From positions 1-36,028 of the forward strand of contig JAYEOW010000035.1 of NCBI GenBank assembly GCA_034723395.1: 36,028 nucleotides of DNA. Direction: 5' to 3'. Origin of the DNA: Candidatus Margulisiibacteriota bacterium. Lineage in GTDB: Bacteria > Margulisbacteria > WOR-1 > O2-12-FULL-45-9. Below the pieces are notes generated by a model that worked only from the letters and a program-made list of their open reading frames with translations, searched no databases and was not told where the DNA came from. Below are positions 1-9,198 of this stretch, piece by piece. Both the position numbers and the translations under genes were made by a program. Position 1 is the first letter of the stretch. Each line of letters opens with the position of its first letter.

Positions 1-60
1 TCTTTTCTTCTCTAACCCTAAGAGATCACGAATCCTAAAAGAGAGCTCCAAATCCTTCAT
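1..60 (-). CDS. Possible 5' end of a gene running off the left edge (MKDLELSFRIRDLLGLEKKR...)
   Basis: ATG at 60 on the minus strand opens a frame to the window edge; TATAAT lies 14 nt upstream; divergent from secD. Only 20 codons are visible. Confidence 0.35.
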   Translation of the reverse strand, partial: MKDLELSFRIRDLLGLEKKR

Positions 61-132
61 AATTTGGGTTAGATATTATATGATTTAACGTATAGGGCTA
101 TGGTTAGATTTTAGATGATTTAATTCGCCCCC

Positions 133-161
133 TTGTTGGGACGGTAAAAATCGGATATAAT
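133..161 (+). promoter_or_regulatory. Sigma-70-type promoter for secD
   Basis: TTGTTG (133-138), 17 nt spacer, TATAAT (156-161). Confidence 0.6.
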
Positions 162-169
162 AATAACTC

Positions 170-1513
170 TTGATCATGAAACAGAAAAACATCAATCAAT
201 TCAGAATACTGATCTTACTGGGCATTGTTGCGGTTTCTGTCTATGTAATAATGCAGCTCCCGCTCAACCTGGGGCTCGATCTCCAGGGTGGTACCCGCCT
301 GGTTTTAGAAGGACAGCCCACCGATAAAGTTAAGGTTTCCGATGATTCAATGGCTGGAGCGGTCGCGGTTATCCGTAACCGGATCGATGCCTTAGGAGTA
401 TCAGAGCCGATCATCCAGCGGAAGGGGAGAGACCAGATCGTAGTTGAACTCCCAGGCGTAAAAGATCCGGAACGCGCGATCAAACTCATCGGCGATACCG
501 CGCTTTTAGAATTTGTTGAGTCCGAATGGGCGCCGGCGGACGAATCGAGGCTAACCCCGGAAAAAGTAAAAGAATTTTACGGCAAGGATGCCTATATGGA
601 TAAGGTTGAGTTTGAAAGAGATGGGCAGGTAGTTCAGGTTAAGCCGATCATATTAAAGAAATCGGCAATTACCGGAGCGCTCCTTAAGGGAGCGTGGCCG
701 GGGGTCGATGAATATGGTAATCCGGTGATCGATCTGGAGTTCGATAAAGATGGGGCAAAGCTTTTTGCCGAAGTTACCGGCCGCTCCGTTGGGAAGCCGA
801 TCGCGATCCTGCTTGATAAAAAGGTGATTTCAGCGCCGAACGTGCGCGAGCCGATCCCTTCTGGGAGGGCTCAGATATCAGGCGATTTTACGGTCGAAGA
901 GGTCCAGGATATGGTGATCAAGTTGAAAGCGGGCGCTCTTCCAATTCCGGTAAAGCCGATCGAGACCAGAATTGTCGGACCAACTTTAGGTAAAGATTCT
1001 ATTGACAAGAGTAAGGTCGCGGGACTTATCGGGTTTGCGATCGTCGCTATCTTTATGGTCCTTTATTACCGATTGCCCGGCTTCCTGGCAGATATTGCTC
1101 TGACTATATACATAACAATTGTATTGGCATTTCTTTCGTTGATCCATGCGACCTTGACCCTCCCCGGGATCGCCGGCCTATTATTATCTGTAGGAATGGC
1201 GGTCGATGCCAATATTATTATCTTTGAAAGGTTAAAAGAGGAGCTTCGTCTCAACAAGTCGATGAGGCTGGCGATCGATACCAGCTTTAAACGGGCGCTA
1301 ACCGCGATCCTGGATTCAAATGTCACCACGCTCATCGCGGCGGCAACCTTGTTTTTTGTCGGGACCGGAACGATCAAGGGCTTTGCGGTTACCCTCTCAG
1401 TGGGTATTGCGGCGTCGATGTTCACCGCGATCGTGGTCACCCGTATGCTGATGAATATGATGGTCGATGGAAAGGTCCTATCCGGATCGGATAGTAAGTT
1501 GGTGTATAAATAA
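170..1513 (+). CDS. secD: Protein translocase subunit SecD (start may be ATG at 176)
   Basis: LGLDLQGG, RIDALGVSEP, VGPTLG, GMAVDANIIIFER and ILDSNVTT motifs. Confidence 0.97.
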   Translation: MIMKQKNINQFRILILLGIVAVSVYVIMQLPLNLGLDLQGGTRLVLEGQPTDKVKVSDDSMAGAVAVIRNRIDALGVSEPIIQRKGRDQIVVELPGVKDPERAIKLIGDTALLEFVESEWAPADESRLTPEKVKEFYGKDAYMDKVEFERDGQVVQVKPIILKKSAITGALLKGAWPGVDEYGNPVIDLEFDKDGAKLFAEVTGRSVGKPIAILLDKKVISAPNVREPIPSGRAQISGDFTVEEVQDMVIKLKAGALPIPVKPIETRIVGPTLGKDSIDKSKVAGLIGFAIVAIFMVLYYRLPGFLADIALTIYITIVLAFLSLIHATLTLPGIAGLLLSVGMAVDANIIIFERLKEELRLNKSMRLAIDTSFKRALTAILDSNVTTLIAAATLFFVGTGTIKGFAVTLSVGIAASMFTAIVVTRMLMNMMVDGKVLSGSDSKLVYK

Positions 1514-2391
1514 TGTTTGATTTTGTGGGGAAAAGGAGATACTGGTTTATTTTTTCTGTGCTGATGCTTACTTTAGCGATCGGCGCTTTTGTTACTAATA
1601 GCGTGAAGCATGGTAAGGTCATGAACTTTGGGATCGACTTTACCGGAGGAACGATGATCAGTTTGCGCTTCCCGATCCCGGTCAGTGTTTCGGATGTGCG
1701 GGAGGTCCTTTCAAAATACGATCTCGAAAAGAGTGTCATCCAAAAATCGGGGAAGAGCGATATCTATATCCGGACCGAAGAGATCGGTCGGGATATGCGG
1801 GTAGAGATAATCGATGACCTGCGGGATAAATACGGGGAGGTTGAGCTGCTTGAAGCAGACACGATCGGCCCGGTAATCGGCAAAGAGCTGAGGACCCAGG
1901 CATTCTGGGCGATCCTGGTCGCGTCTCTAGGCATTATCATTTATGTCTCCTTCCGTTTTGAATTTAGATACGCGGTCGCCGCCCTTTTGGCCCTCTATCA
2001 CGATGCATTGATTACGGTGGGGATCATCGCCCTCTTATGGAGGGATATCGAAGCTCCATTTGTTGCGGCGATCTTAACCATTATGGGGTATTCGATCAAT
2101 GACACGATTGTTATTTTCGATCGGGTGAGGGAAAATGTAAAAAAACTGAGCGGCAAAAAAATTAAGTTTGCGCAGATCGTAAATATCAGTATCCGCGAAA
2201 CGCTCGCCCGCTCGATCAATACGGTCCTTACTACAGTGATTATTGTCCTTTGCGTCCTCTTCTTTGCCGGAGGGGCGATCAAAGACTTTGCGTTGGTCCT
2301 GCTGATTGGTTTTGTTATTGGCGCTTATTCATCGATCTTTATCGCCAGCCCGATCGTTGCCGTATGGGAATCCCGTTCACATAAAAAATAG
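1513..2391 (+). CDS. secF: Protein translocase subunit SecF
   Basis: GIDFTGG, IGPVIGKEL and GYSINDTIVIFDRVRE motifs; TAATG coupling to secD. Confidence 0.97.
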   Translation: MFDFVGKRRYWFIFSVLMLTLAIGAFVTNSVKHGKVMNFGIDFTGGTMISLRFPIPVSVSDVREVLSKYDLEKSVIQKSGKSDIYIRTEEIGRDMRVEIIDDLRDKYGEVELLEADTIGPVIGKELRTQAFWAILVASLGIIIYVSFRFEFRYAVAALLALYHDALITVGIIALLWRDIEAPFVAAILTIMGYSINDTIVIFDRVRENVKKLSGKKIKFAQIVNISIRETLARSINTVLTTVIIVLCVLFFAGGAIKDFALVLLIGFVIGAYSSIFIASPIVAVWESRSHKK

Positions 2392-3140
2392 TGAAATATA
2401 TTCTTTTAGGGACCATCCAGGGCCTCACCGAATTTCTCCCCGTATCGTCTTCCGGGCACCTGGTCATATTTCAGCGCTTGCTCGACTTGCCTCACAGTAT
2501 CGCCTTTGATGTCGTAGTCCATTTGGCGACCGCCTTAGCGGTAGTGGTTTATTTTTGGAAGGATATAATCGATATTTTAGTGTCCAAAAGGAAAATGATC
2601 TGGCTGTTGATTGTGGGGACGATAATTACCGGGATAATCGGGATCGCGTTCAAGGATTATTTTGAAAGCCTTTTTAGCTCGGTAAGGGCGACCGGCGGAT
2701 TCTTGATCTTAACTGGCGTTATTATAATGCTGGGAGAGTGGTTGGGGAAGGGGAAAAGAGATCTAGGGCAAATGAATATCTGGGATGCGATCTTGATCGG
2801 CTTGGCCCAGGGGTGCGCAATCGCGCCAGGGCTTTCACGCTCAGGGGCGACGATATCCGCTTCGCTGGGGAGGAATTTAAACCGCTCGCTTGCAGCGAGG
2901 TTCTCTTTTCTTTTAGCTATCCCCGCAATTGCCGGAGCCGGCTTGCTACAATCAAAAGAGATCATTAAAGCGGGGACGGTTGGTATCGGTACCTGGCCTT
3001 TAGTCCTGGGATTTATCGCTGCTTTTATATCGGGCTTGATCGCGATCAGGATCTTTATGAGCATTATCCAAAAAACCTCGATCCGCGGATTTGCCTACTA
3101 CTGTTTTATTATTGGAGCTATTGTTTTGATATTATTTTAG
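2391..3140 (+). CDS. uppP: Undecaprenyl-diphosphate phosphatase (BacA)
   Basis: QGLTEFLPVSSSGHL, PGLSRSGATI and ARFSFLL motifs. Confidence 0.95.
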   Translation: MKYILLGTIQGLTEFLPVSSSGHLVIFQRLLDLPHSIAFDVVVHLATALAVVVYFWKDIIDILVSKRKMIWLLIVGTIITGIIGIAFKDYFESLFSSVRATGGFLILTGVIIMLGEWLGKGKRDLGQMNIWDAILIGLAQGCAIAPGLSRSGATISASLGRNLNRSLAARFSFLLAIPAIAGAGLLQSKEIIKAGTVGIGTWPLVLGFIAAFISGLIAIRIFMSIIQKTSIRGFAYYCFIIGAIVLILF

Positions 3141-3217
3141 CCCTCACCCCTTCCCCTCTCCCCGAGGGAGAGGGGTGAAAAGGAAAAATTAATGGATAGG
3201 GAAAAATTGGGTGAGGG
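3141..3217. repeat. REP-like palindrome, CCCTCACCCC...CCCCTCTCCC/GGGAGAGGGG family
   Basis: CCCTCACCCC 3141-3150; hairpin CCCCTCTCCC-CGA-GGGAGAGGGG 3153-3175; complementary GGGTGAGGG at 3209-3217 inside the rluD 5' end. Confidence 0.75.
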
Positions 3218-4124
3218 AATCGAATATATAATCTCGGATAAACAAAAAGGTGAAAGGATCGATCATTTTCTCGCTATGCAGAAAAAGGTCGGGATCACCC
3301 GCTCGCAGGCCAAGAAATTGATCGAGGACGGCTTTGTAGAGGTCAACAAGGAGGTCACACAGCCGAGTTATAAGTTAAAAGTTGGCGACCGGGTCCAAGT
3401 GTTTATTCCAGAACCGAAAAAGCTCGAGGCCAAAGCCGAAAATATTCCGCTCGACATTGTTTATGAAGATAAGGATCTGATTGTGGTAAATAAACCGCGC
3501 GGGACGGTGGTCCATCCTGCCGCCGGCAACTATTCGGGAACATTGGTTAATGCTTTGTTGCACCATTGTAAGGACCTTTCAGGGATTGGAGGGGTGCTCC
3601 GTCCGGGGATCGTCCACCGCCTTGATAAACAGACCTCCGGGTTGATCGTAGTGGCCAAGAATGATCTTACCCACCAGGTGCTTTCGAAACAGTTCAAAAA
3701 TAGAAAGATAAAAAAGCACTATATTGCCCTAGTGCATGGGGAGATAGAAGGGGAGGGGGGTCTGATCGATGCCCGGATCGGCCGGCATCCAAAGAGCCGA
3801 AAGAAGATGGCGGTCACTGGAAAAGGGAGAGCGGCGATCAGTTATTATAAGGTATTAAAACGGGCGAAAAAATTTACGCTGGTCGATGTTAAATTAAAAA
3901 CGGGGAGGACCCACCAGATCAGGGTGCACATGGCTTCGATCGGCCATCCGCTGGTTGGCGATCCGACCTATGGCCACCGGAAAGAAGATTTTGAGACGAA
4001 CGGCCAAATGTTGCACGCGAAAAAGCTTGGCTTTGAACATCCAGGAACGAAGAAGTTTGTCCAGTTTGAAGCAGAGCTGCCGAAAGATATGGCGGAACTG
4101 ATCAGAAAATTACAAGTGAAGTAA
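3192..4124 (+). CDS. rluD: RluA/RluD-family 23S rRNA pseudouridine synthase with S4 domain
   Basis: N-terminal S4-like RIDHFLA; VVNKPRG, GIVHRLDKQTSG, TGRTHQIRVH and LHA motifs. Confidence 0.93.
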   Translation: MDREKLGEGIEYIISDKQKGERIDHFLAMQKKVGITRSQAKKLIEDGFVEVNKEVTQPSYKLKVGDRVQVFIPEPKKLEAKAENIPLDIVYEDKDLIVVNKPRGTVVHPAAGNYSGTLVNALLHHCKDLSGIGGVLRPGIVHRLDKQTSGLIVVAKNDLTHQVLSKQFKNRKIKKHYIALVHGEIEGEGGLIDARIGRHPKSRKKMAVTGKGRAAISYYKVLKRAKKFTLVDVKLKTGRTHQIRVHMASIGHPLVGDPTYGHRKEDFETNGQMLHAKKLGFEHPGTKKFVQFEAELPKDMAELIRKLQVK

Positions 4125-4290
4125 CGGTGCCGAGGATCGAAGGGAGGCCGATGATCAGCGAAGATTCGAGGCTGCCAAAGTTGACTCCGATCGAGTTTAA
4201 TATTATATAGATCAGAAGGCCGGCAGTTATGCCGATGCTTGAGCCGATAAGAATATTTACCATACGTACTGTGAGAGCGTTTCCTTTCAT
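4102..4290 (-). CDS. Small hypothetical membrane protein with two predicted TM helices (62 aa)
   Basis: ATG start, two Gly/Ile/Leu-rich hydrophobic stretches, own promoter motif 6 nt upstream; overlaps the rluD 3' end by 23 bp. Confidence 0.65.
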   Translation of the reverse strand: MKGNALTVRMVNILIGSSIGITAGLLIYIILNSIGVNFGSLESSLIIGLPSILGTVTSLVIF

Positions 4291-4296
4291 AATTAT

Positions 4297-4324
4297 TTAT
4301 CGTTAGCCTTTGTAGTAAATTTCA
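4297..4324 (-). promoter_or_regulatory. Putative alternative-sigma (sigma-28-like) promoter, copy 1
   Basis: Minus strand reads TGAAAT-ttactacaaaggctaa(16)-CGATAA, then 6 nt to ATG 4290; same spacing as the copies at 9154 and 9933. Confidence 0.7.
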
Positions 4325-4347
4325 GTTTTTCTTTGAATAGTGCTGCC

Positions 4348-4534
4348 GCCCTCATCCAACTTTTCCTCCACCATTAATTCTCTTTAACAACCTTCTCCCA
4401 AACGGACCGGGTCAGATGGGAGAGACAATAAAATTAACTCTGAGTCTTATATTCCTTAAACCATAAGCTCCCTCTCCCTCTGGGAGAGGGAGGTAAAGAA
4501 GAGGCTTTCGTTTATAAAAGAGTTGGGTGAGGGC
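4348..4534. repeat. Inverted pair of CCCTCACCC/CCTCTCCC-type REP-like elements
   Basis: GCCCTCATCCAACT (4348-4361) is near-complementary to AGTTGGGTGAGGGC (4521-4534); internal hairpins TCTCCCA..TGGGAGA (4394-4423) and CTCCCTCTCCC-TCT-GGGAGAGGGAG (4468-4492). Confidence 0.75.
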
Positions 4535-4553
4535 TGAATAGTTAGCTTTTATT

Positions 4554-4562
4554 TGATATAAT
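4554..4562 (+). promoter_or_regulatory. Extended -10 promoter, probably leaderless coaX transcript
   Basis: TGATATAAT, then 6 nt, then ATG 4569; no SD. Confidence 0.7.
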
Positions 4563-4568
4563 CATACT

Positions 4569-5300
4569 ATGATTTTAGTTGTTGATCTGGGAAACACCAA
4601 TATCGTTTTTGGCTTATTTAACGGTAAAAAGCTGGCCAGTGAATGGCGTTTTTCTACCGCAAAATTAAAAATTCCGAAGATAAATCACAAAATATCTGCA
4701 GTAATTATTGCTAGTGTTGTTCCTGCTTTGAATAAAATAATACAAAAGAAGCTCAAAAAGCTATATAAATGCAAAGTTCATTTTGTAACCGCTCAAAATA
4801 TCAAGGGAATAAAGGTTATGTTGAAAAATAAGCAAGAGATCGGGGCCGACCGGGTAGCAGATGCCCTGGCAGCATATCGATTGTATGGTGGCCCTACTAT
4901 AATAGTGGATTTTGGAACGGCTACGACCTTTGATTTAATTTCAAATGAAGGGGAATACTTAGGCGGTGCGATCGCTCCCGGGATCGATCTCGCACGCGAT
5001 GCGCTCTATGAGCATGCAGCTAAATTACCTAAGATAAAGATCTCTGCTCCCAAAGGAGTGGTTGGTAAAAATACTAAGTCGGCCATGCAGAGCGGTCTTG
5101 TTTATGGTTATGCGGCAATGGTTGACGGTATGATCAAAAAAATCGCGTCTCACATATCCCGTCCCGCATCTCGTGTGAAAGTAATCGCCACCGGCGGCCT
5201 AGCCCCATTAATTTGCAAATATACGACGGTTGTTGATACAATAGACAAGAAGCTCACCCTTAAAGGGCTTCAAATGATAGGAAAAAAATTAAATGGCTGA
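4569..5300 (+). CDS. coaX: Type III pantothenate kinase
   Basis: VDLGNTN, IGADR, VDFGTATT, GGAIAPG and ATGG motifs. Confidence 0.95.
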   Translation: MILVVDLGNTNIVFGLFNGKKLASEWRFSTAKLKIPKINHKISAVIIASVVPALNKIIQKKLKKLYKCKVHFVTAQNIKGIKVMLKNKQEIGADRVADALAAYRLYGGPTIIVDFGTATTFDLISNEGEYLGGAIAPGIDLARDALYEHAAKLPKIKISAPKGVVGKNTKSAMQSGLVYGYAAMVDGMIKKIASHISRPASRVKVIATGGLAPLICKYTTVVDTIDKKLTLKGLQMIGKKLNG

Positions 5301-6810
5301 AGAATTAAACGAATTATTAAAGGTTAGAAGAGAAAAATTAGATGAGATAAAGGCAAAGGGGATCGATCCTTTCCCCTATACTTATGAGCGGACCGATAAT
5401 GCGGCTGAAATTCTAAGTGAGTTTGAAAAGATTGGTGAGGGGGAGGAAAGTAAAGAAGATGTTTCGATCGCCGGGCGTTTGATGACCAAGCGCGGCCATG
5501 GGAAGGCTTCTTTCGCCCACCTCCAGGATGAGACCGGACGGATCCAGATCTATTCGCGCGAGGATAAGATCGGGAAAGAGAAGTATGATCTATATCGAAA
5601 ACTCGATATCGGTGATTTTATCGGTGTGAAAGGGCATGTCTTCCGCACCAAGACCGGGGAGATCACGGTAAAAGTTTATGATTTTACTATCCTTTGCAAA
5701 TCCCTTCATCCGCTTCCGGAAAAATGGCACGGATTGACCGATAAAGAGCTTCGTTACCGCGAGCGCTATGTCGATCTAATGGTCAATCCCGACGTTAAAG
5801 AGGTTTTTCTTAAAAGATCAAAGATCGTCTCCCTTATCCGGAGATTTTTAGAAGATAGAGGATTTTTGGATGTTGAAACTCCAATTCTGCATGTTCTTCC
5901 GGGTGGTGCGGCGGCTACTCCTTTCGAAACCTATCACGATGCGCTCGATATGCCGCTTTTTATGCGAATCGCTCCCGAGCTTTATCTAAAACGCCTGATT
6001 GTCGGCGGATTTGAGAAAGTTTTCGAAATGGGGAGGGTTTTCCGCAACGAAGGGATGTCTTTTAAACATAATCCAGAATATACCATGCTCGAAGTCTACC
6101 AGGCTTATGCTGATTACAAAGATATTATGAAAATGACCGAAGATCTGGTTGTGGCAGCGGCAAAAGAAGTTTTGGGAACGCTCAAGATCGAATATAAAGG
6201 TGAAAAGATCGACCTTACCCCTCCTTGGAAAAAGATCACGCTGATCGATGCGCTTAAAGAGGTGGGGATCGATATTGCGGGGAAAGATGAAAAAGAGATC
6301 CGCCAGATCGCAAAGTTAAAAGGGATCGAAGGATACGAAGAGATCGGGATAGGAAAGATCATTAACGTCCTCTACGATAAGTTTGTCGAAGGTAAATTAA
6401 GACAGCCGACCTTTATTATCGACCATCCGGTCGAGACTTCCCCTTTGGCGAAGAAACACCGGGAGAAGGAAGGGCAGGTCGAAAGATTCGAATTGATCAT
6501 TGCCGGAATGGAATTGGCCAACGCGTTTTCTGAGCTAAATGATCCGATCGATCAAAGAGAGAGATTTAACAAACAAGCGGAGCTGAAAGCAGCGGGAGAC
6601 CAAGAAGCAGAATCGATGGACGAGGATTTTCTCCGTGCTTTGGAATACGGGATGCCGCCTACCGGAGGATTGGGAATCGGGATCGACCGCCTGGTAATGA
6701 TCTTGACCGACCAGCCGTCGATTAGGGATGTCCTTTTATTCCCGCATATGCGCCCGCTTGCTCAGGTGAAACCGAGCGAAGAAGAGATGAAAATCCTGGA
6801 TAAAAAATGA
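5293..6810 (+). CDS. lysS: Lysyl-tRNA synthetase (class II)
   Basis: LPEKWHGL, RYRERYVDL, RIAPELYLKRL, FRNEG and YGMPPTGGLGIGIDRL motifs. Confidence 0.98.
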   Translation: MAEELNELLKVRREKLDEIKAKGIDPFPYTYERTDNAAEILSEFEKIGEGEESKEDVSIAGRLMTKRGHGKASFAHLQDETGRIQIYSREDKIGKEKYDLYRKLDIGDFIGVKGHVFRTKTGEITVKVYDFTILCKSLHPLPEKWHGLTDKELRYRERYVDLMVNPDVKEVFLKRSKIVSLIRRFLEDRGFLDVETPILHVLPGGAAATPFETYHDALDMPLFMRIAPELYLKRLIVGGFEKVFEMGRVFRNEGMSFKHNPEYTMLEVYQAYADYKDIMKMTEDLVVAAAKEVLGTLKIEYKGEKIDLTPPWKKITLIDALKEVGIDIAGKDEKEIRQIAKLKGIEGYEEIGIGKIINVLYDKFVEGKLRQPTFIIDHPVETSPLAKKHREKEGQVERFELIIAGMELANAFSELNDPIDQRERFNKQAELKAAGDQEAESMDEDFLRALEYGMPPTGGLGIGIDRLVMILTDQPSIRDVLLFPHMRPLAQVKPSEEEMKILDKK

Positions 6811-7661
6811 AAGTAGCCGATGCCTTAAAAAAGGGCGAGCCGACCCTATCCTTTGAATTTTTTCCGCCAAAAAACGAAAAACAGGAGGAAAACCTCTATG
6901 CGGTTTTGGCGCAATTAAAGGAGTTTAAGCCCGATTTTGTTTCAGTCACTTACGGGGCGTTGGGGACCACGCGGGAAAAGACCTTTCGCTGGGTAAAAGA
7001 TATTAAAACCAAGTACCAAATTGAGCCGGTTGCCCACCTCACCTGTGTAGCGGCGGATAAAGAGAGTATTCTTGCCCAAATTAATGAGTTAGCCAAGATG
7101 GGGGTAGAGAATATCCTGGCGCTGCGCGGCGATCCTCCAGAGGGAGAAAAAGATTTTAAGTCTCCGGTCGGGGGATTCAAGTACGCTAAAGATCTGATGC
7201 TTTTTATAAAAAAACGGATGCCCCAATTCTGTTTGGGCGGGGCCGGATTCCCTGAAGGGCACAAGGGTTCAAAGAGCCTGGAAAAGGATGTTCGGCATTT
7301 AAAGGAAAAGGTTGATGCGGGAGCCGAATATATAATCACCCAGCTCTTTTTTGATAACCGTTTTTATTTTGATTTTGTTGAACGATGCAAAAAGAACGGG
7401 ATCAATGTTCCGATCATCCCCGGTATTATGCCGATAACAAGTTTAAAGCAGGTCAAAAAAATGACTGAAATGTGCGGGGCTTCGATTCCGCAAAAACTGC
7501 TGGAGAAGATCGGGAATTCAGAAGATGTTGAAACGGTGGGAGTAGAACATGCCGTTTCACAGTGTAGAGAACTGTTAGAAGCGGGGGTTCCCGGACTTCA
7601 TTTTTTTGTTATGAATAAATCCGGTCCGATTTCTAAGATTTTGAACCAGTTAAAAATGTAG
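6807..7661 (+). CDS. metF: 5,10-methylenetetrahydrofolate reductase
   Basis: SFEFFPPK, VSVTYGA, AHLTC, LALRGDPP and ITQLFFD motifs. Confidence 0.96.
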   Translation: MKVADALKKGEPTLSFEFFPPKNEKQEENLYAVLAQLKEFKPDFVSVTYGALGTTREKTFRWVKDIKTKYQIEPVAHLTCVAADKESILAQINELAKMGVENILALRGDPPEGEKDFKSPVGGFKYAKDLMLFIKKRMPQFCLGGAGFPEGHKGSKSLEKDVRHLKEKVDAGAEYIITQLFFDNRFYFDFVERCKKNGINVPIIPGIMPITSLKQVKKMTEMCGASIPQKLLEKIGNSEDVETVGVEHAVSQCRELLEAGVPGLHFFVMNKSGPISKILNQLKM

Positions 7662-7744
7662 TGCAGGTCTTTTTATCCCGAGCTCCGTCGAGGGATAGAC
7701 CTGCGGGGTAGTAGAAAAGCGGCAGACCTAAAGGTCTGCACTAC
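7658..7744. repeat. REPIN-like inverted pair of GTAG-type REPs between convergent metF and tldD; likely also a bidirectional terminator
   Basis: GTAGT-GCAGGTCT...AGACCTGC (7658-7704) and inverted GCAGACCT-AA-AGGTCTGC-ACTAC (7722-7744). Confidence 0.8.
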
Positions 7745-7753
7745 GTTGTTTTT

Positions 7754-9130
7754 CTACATTCTTCCACCCACGACAATTTCGGGAATTCTAATCGTAGGTT
7801 GTGCGTCTGAAACCGGCGCGTGGTCGAACTTACCGCACACCCCGGTTTGAAAACCAAGATCTGATCCTACCATATCGATAATTTCCAAAACCTTCGGCCC
7901 GTTGCCGGTTAAGATCGCTCCGCGGACCGGATATTTTATTTTTCCGTTCTCGATCAGATAGCCTTCGGTGATCTCAAAGACAAAATCTCCGTTTACAACA
8001 TCGACTTGTCCGCCCCCCATCCGCTTTACCAGCAGTCCGTTTTGGACCGAAGCGACAATTTCGTCCGGATCCATCTTTCCCGGGGCGATGATCGTGTTGG
8101 TCATCCGCGGGACCGGCTTATGCTTATAACTTTCGCGTCTTCCATTACCACTCATCGGTATATTTAGTAACTTAGCATTATAACGATCGCTTAAGAAGCC
8201 TTTTAGGGTCCCGTTTTCGATCAAGATCGTTTTTTGTCCAGGTGTTCCTTCGTCATCAAAAGCGTAAGTGCCAAATTTACCTGCCATCGTTGCGTCATCA
8301 ACTACCGTTACCAGTTCTGAAGCGACTTTTTTACCGACCTTTCCGCCGAAGATGGAGGTCCCCTTCATGATAAAGTCGGCTTCGAGCGCATGGCCGCACG
8401 CTTCGTGGATCAATGTCCCTCCGGCGTCGGAGTGGAGGACTACCATCATCTTGCCGGCGGGGGCATGGGGGGCATCGAGCATTCTCAGCGCTCTTTCAGT
8501 TGCTCTTCTTGCATTCTTTTCCGGCGGGTGTTGATCGAATAGTTCAAAGCCGACCGTGCCGCCAGGTGCTTCATAGCCAGTTTGGAGAATCCCATTCTTT
8601 TCGACAATGACATTAATATAATAACGGGTACGGATCCGGTTGTCCTCGACATATATCCCGTCAGAATTAGCAATACTTACTGCTTGATTAGTATCTGCAT
8701 AGCGGACGGTTACTTGTTTAACGTTTGATCCAAAGGAGCGAGCAGTCTTGTTTAATAGGTGTACTTTTTCTGTTTTTTCATCTAGGGAAGCATTTTTTAC
8801 GACACTACGAGCTACAGTACTACTATTTACTTGCGGACGTAAAGAAATCTTCTTAACCTTTTTCTCTCCGTTAAGCGAATCGGATATTTTTAACGCTGCC
8901 TCTCTTAAGGCTTCAAAACTAGTAGCGGAGGAGGCAATATATGCTGTCTCTTTGCCGTTGATCACCCGGATCCCGGCGCCGGCCTCGGTCCCTGACGAGA
9001 TCTTTTCGATCTTATCATCTTCGCAAGAGATCGAATTCCCTCGCGATTCTTCAATAAATACCTCGGCAAAATCGCCGCCGTTGCGCAATGAGGTTTGCAG
9101 GATCTCTTCCATATTTTCACAAGAAAGCAT
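7754..9130 (-). CDS. tldD: TldD/PmbA-family metalloprotease (TldD); start reassigned to ATG at 9130
   Basis: GGDFAEVF, HEACGHALEAD (HExxxH), DDEG, GNGRRESY, PRMTNT and CGK motifs; TATAAT 6 nt before ATG 9130. Confidence 0.92.
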   Translation of the reverse strand: MLSCENMEEILQTSLRNGGDFAEVFIEESRGNSISCEDDKIEKISSGTEAGAGIRVINGKETAYIASSATSFEALREAALKISDSLNGEKKVKKISLRPQVNSSTVARSVVKNASLDEKTEKVHLLNKTARSFGSNVKQVTVRYADTNQAVSIANSDGIYVEDNRIRTRYYINVIVEKNGILQTGYEAPGGTVGFELFDQHPPEKNARRATERALRMLDAPHAPAGKMMVVLHSDAGGTLIHEACGHALEADFIMKGTSIFGGKVGKKVASELVTVVDDATMAGKFGTYAFDDEGTPGQKTILIENGTLKGFLSDRYNAKLLNIPMSGNGRRESYKHKPVPRMTNTIIAPGKMDPDEIVASVQNGLLVKRMGGGQVDVVNGDFVFEITEGYLIENGKIKYPVRGAILTGNGPKVLEIIDMVGSDLGFQTGVCGKFDHAPVSDAQPTIRIPEIVVGGRM

Positions 9131-9136
9131 AGTCTG

Positions 9137-9142
9137 ATTATA
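9137..9142 (-). promoter_or_regulatory. -10 box for probably leaderless tldD
   Basis: Minus strand reads TATAAT-cagact-ATG. Confidence 0.6.
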
Positions 9143-9153
9143 GCTAAAATATG

Positions 9154-9181
9154 TGAAATTTTCCACGAAAAATGGCGATAT
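9154..9181 (+). promoter_or_regulatory. Putative alternative-sigma (sigma-28-like) promoter, copy 2
   Basis: TGAAAT-tttccacgaaaaatgg(16)-CGATAT, upstream of SD AAGGAG (9187-9192) and ATG 9199. Confidence 0.7.
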
Positions 9182-9198
9182 ATAATAAGGAGAGATTT

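Noticed and set aside
9131..9198. Longer ORF-track starts for tldD (9166) and the CheR-like gene (9172)
   Set aside because: They overlap the divergent promoter elements; the -10 spacing and the SD support 9130 and 9199.
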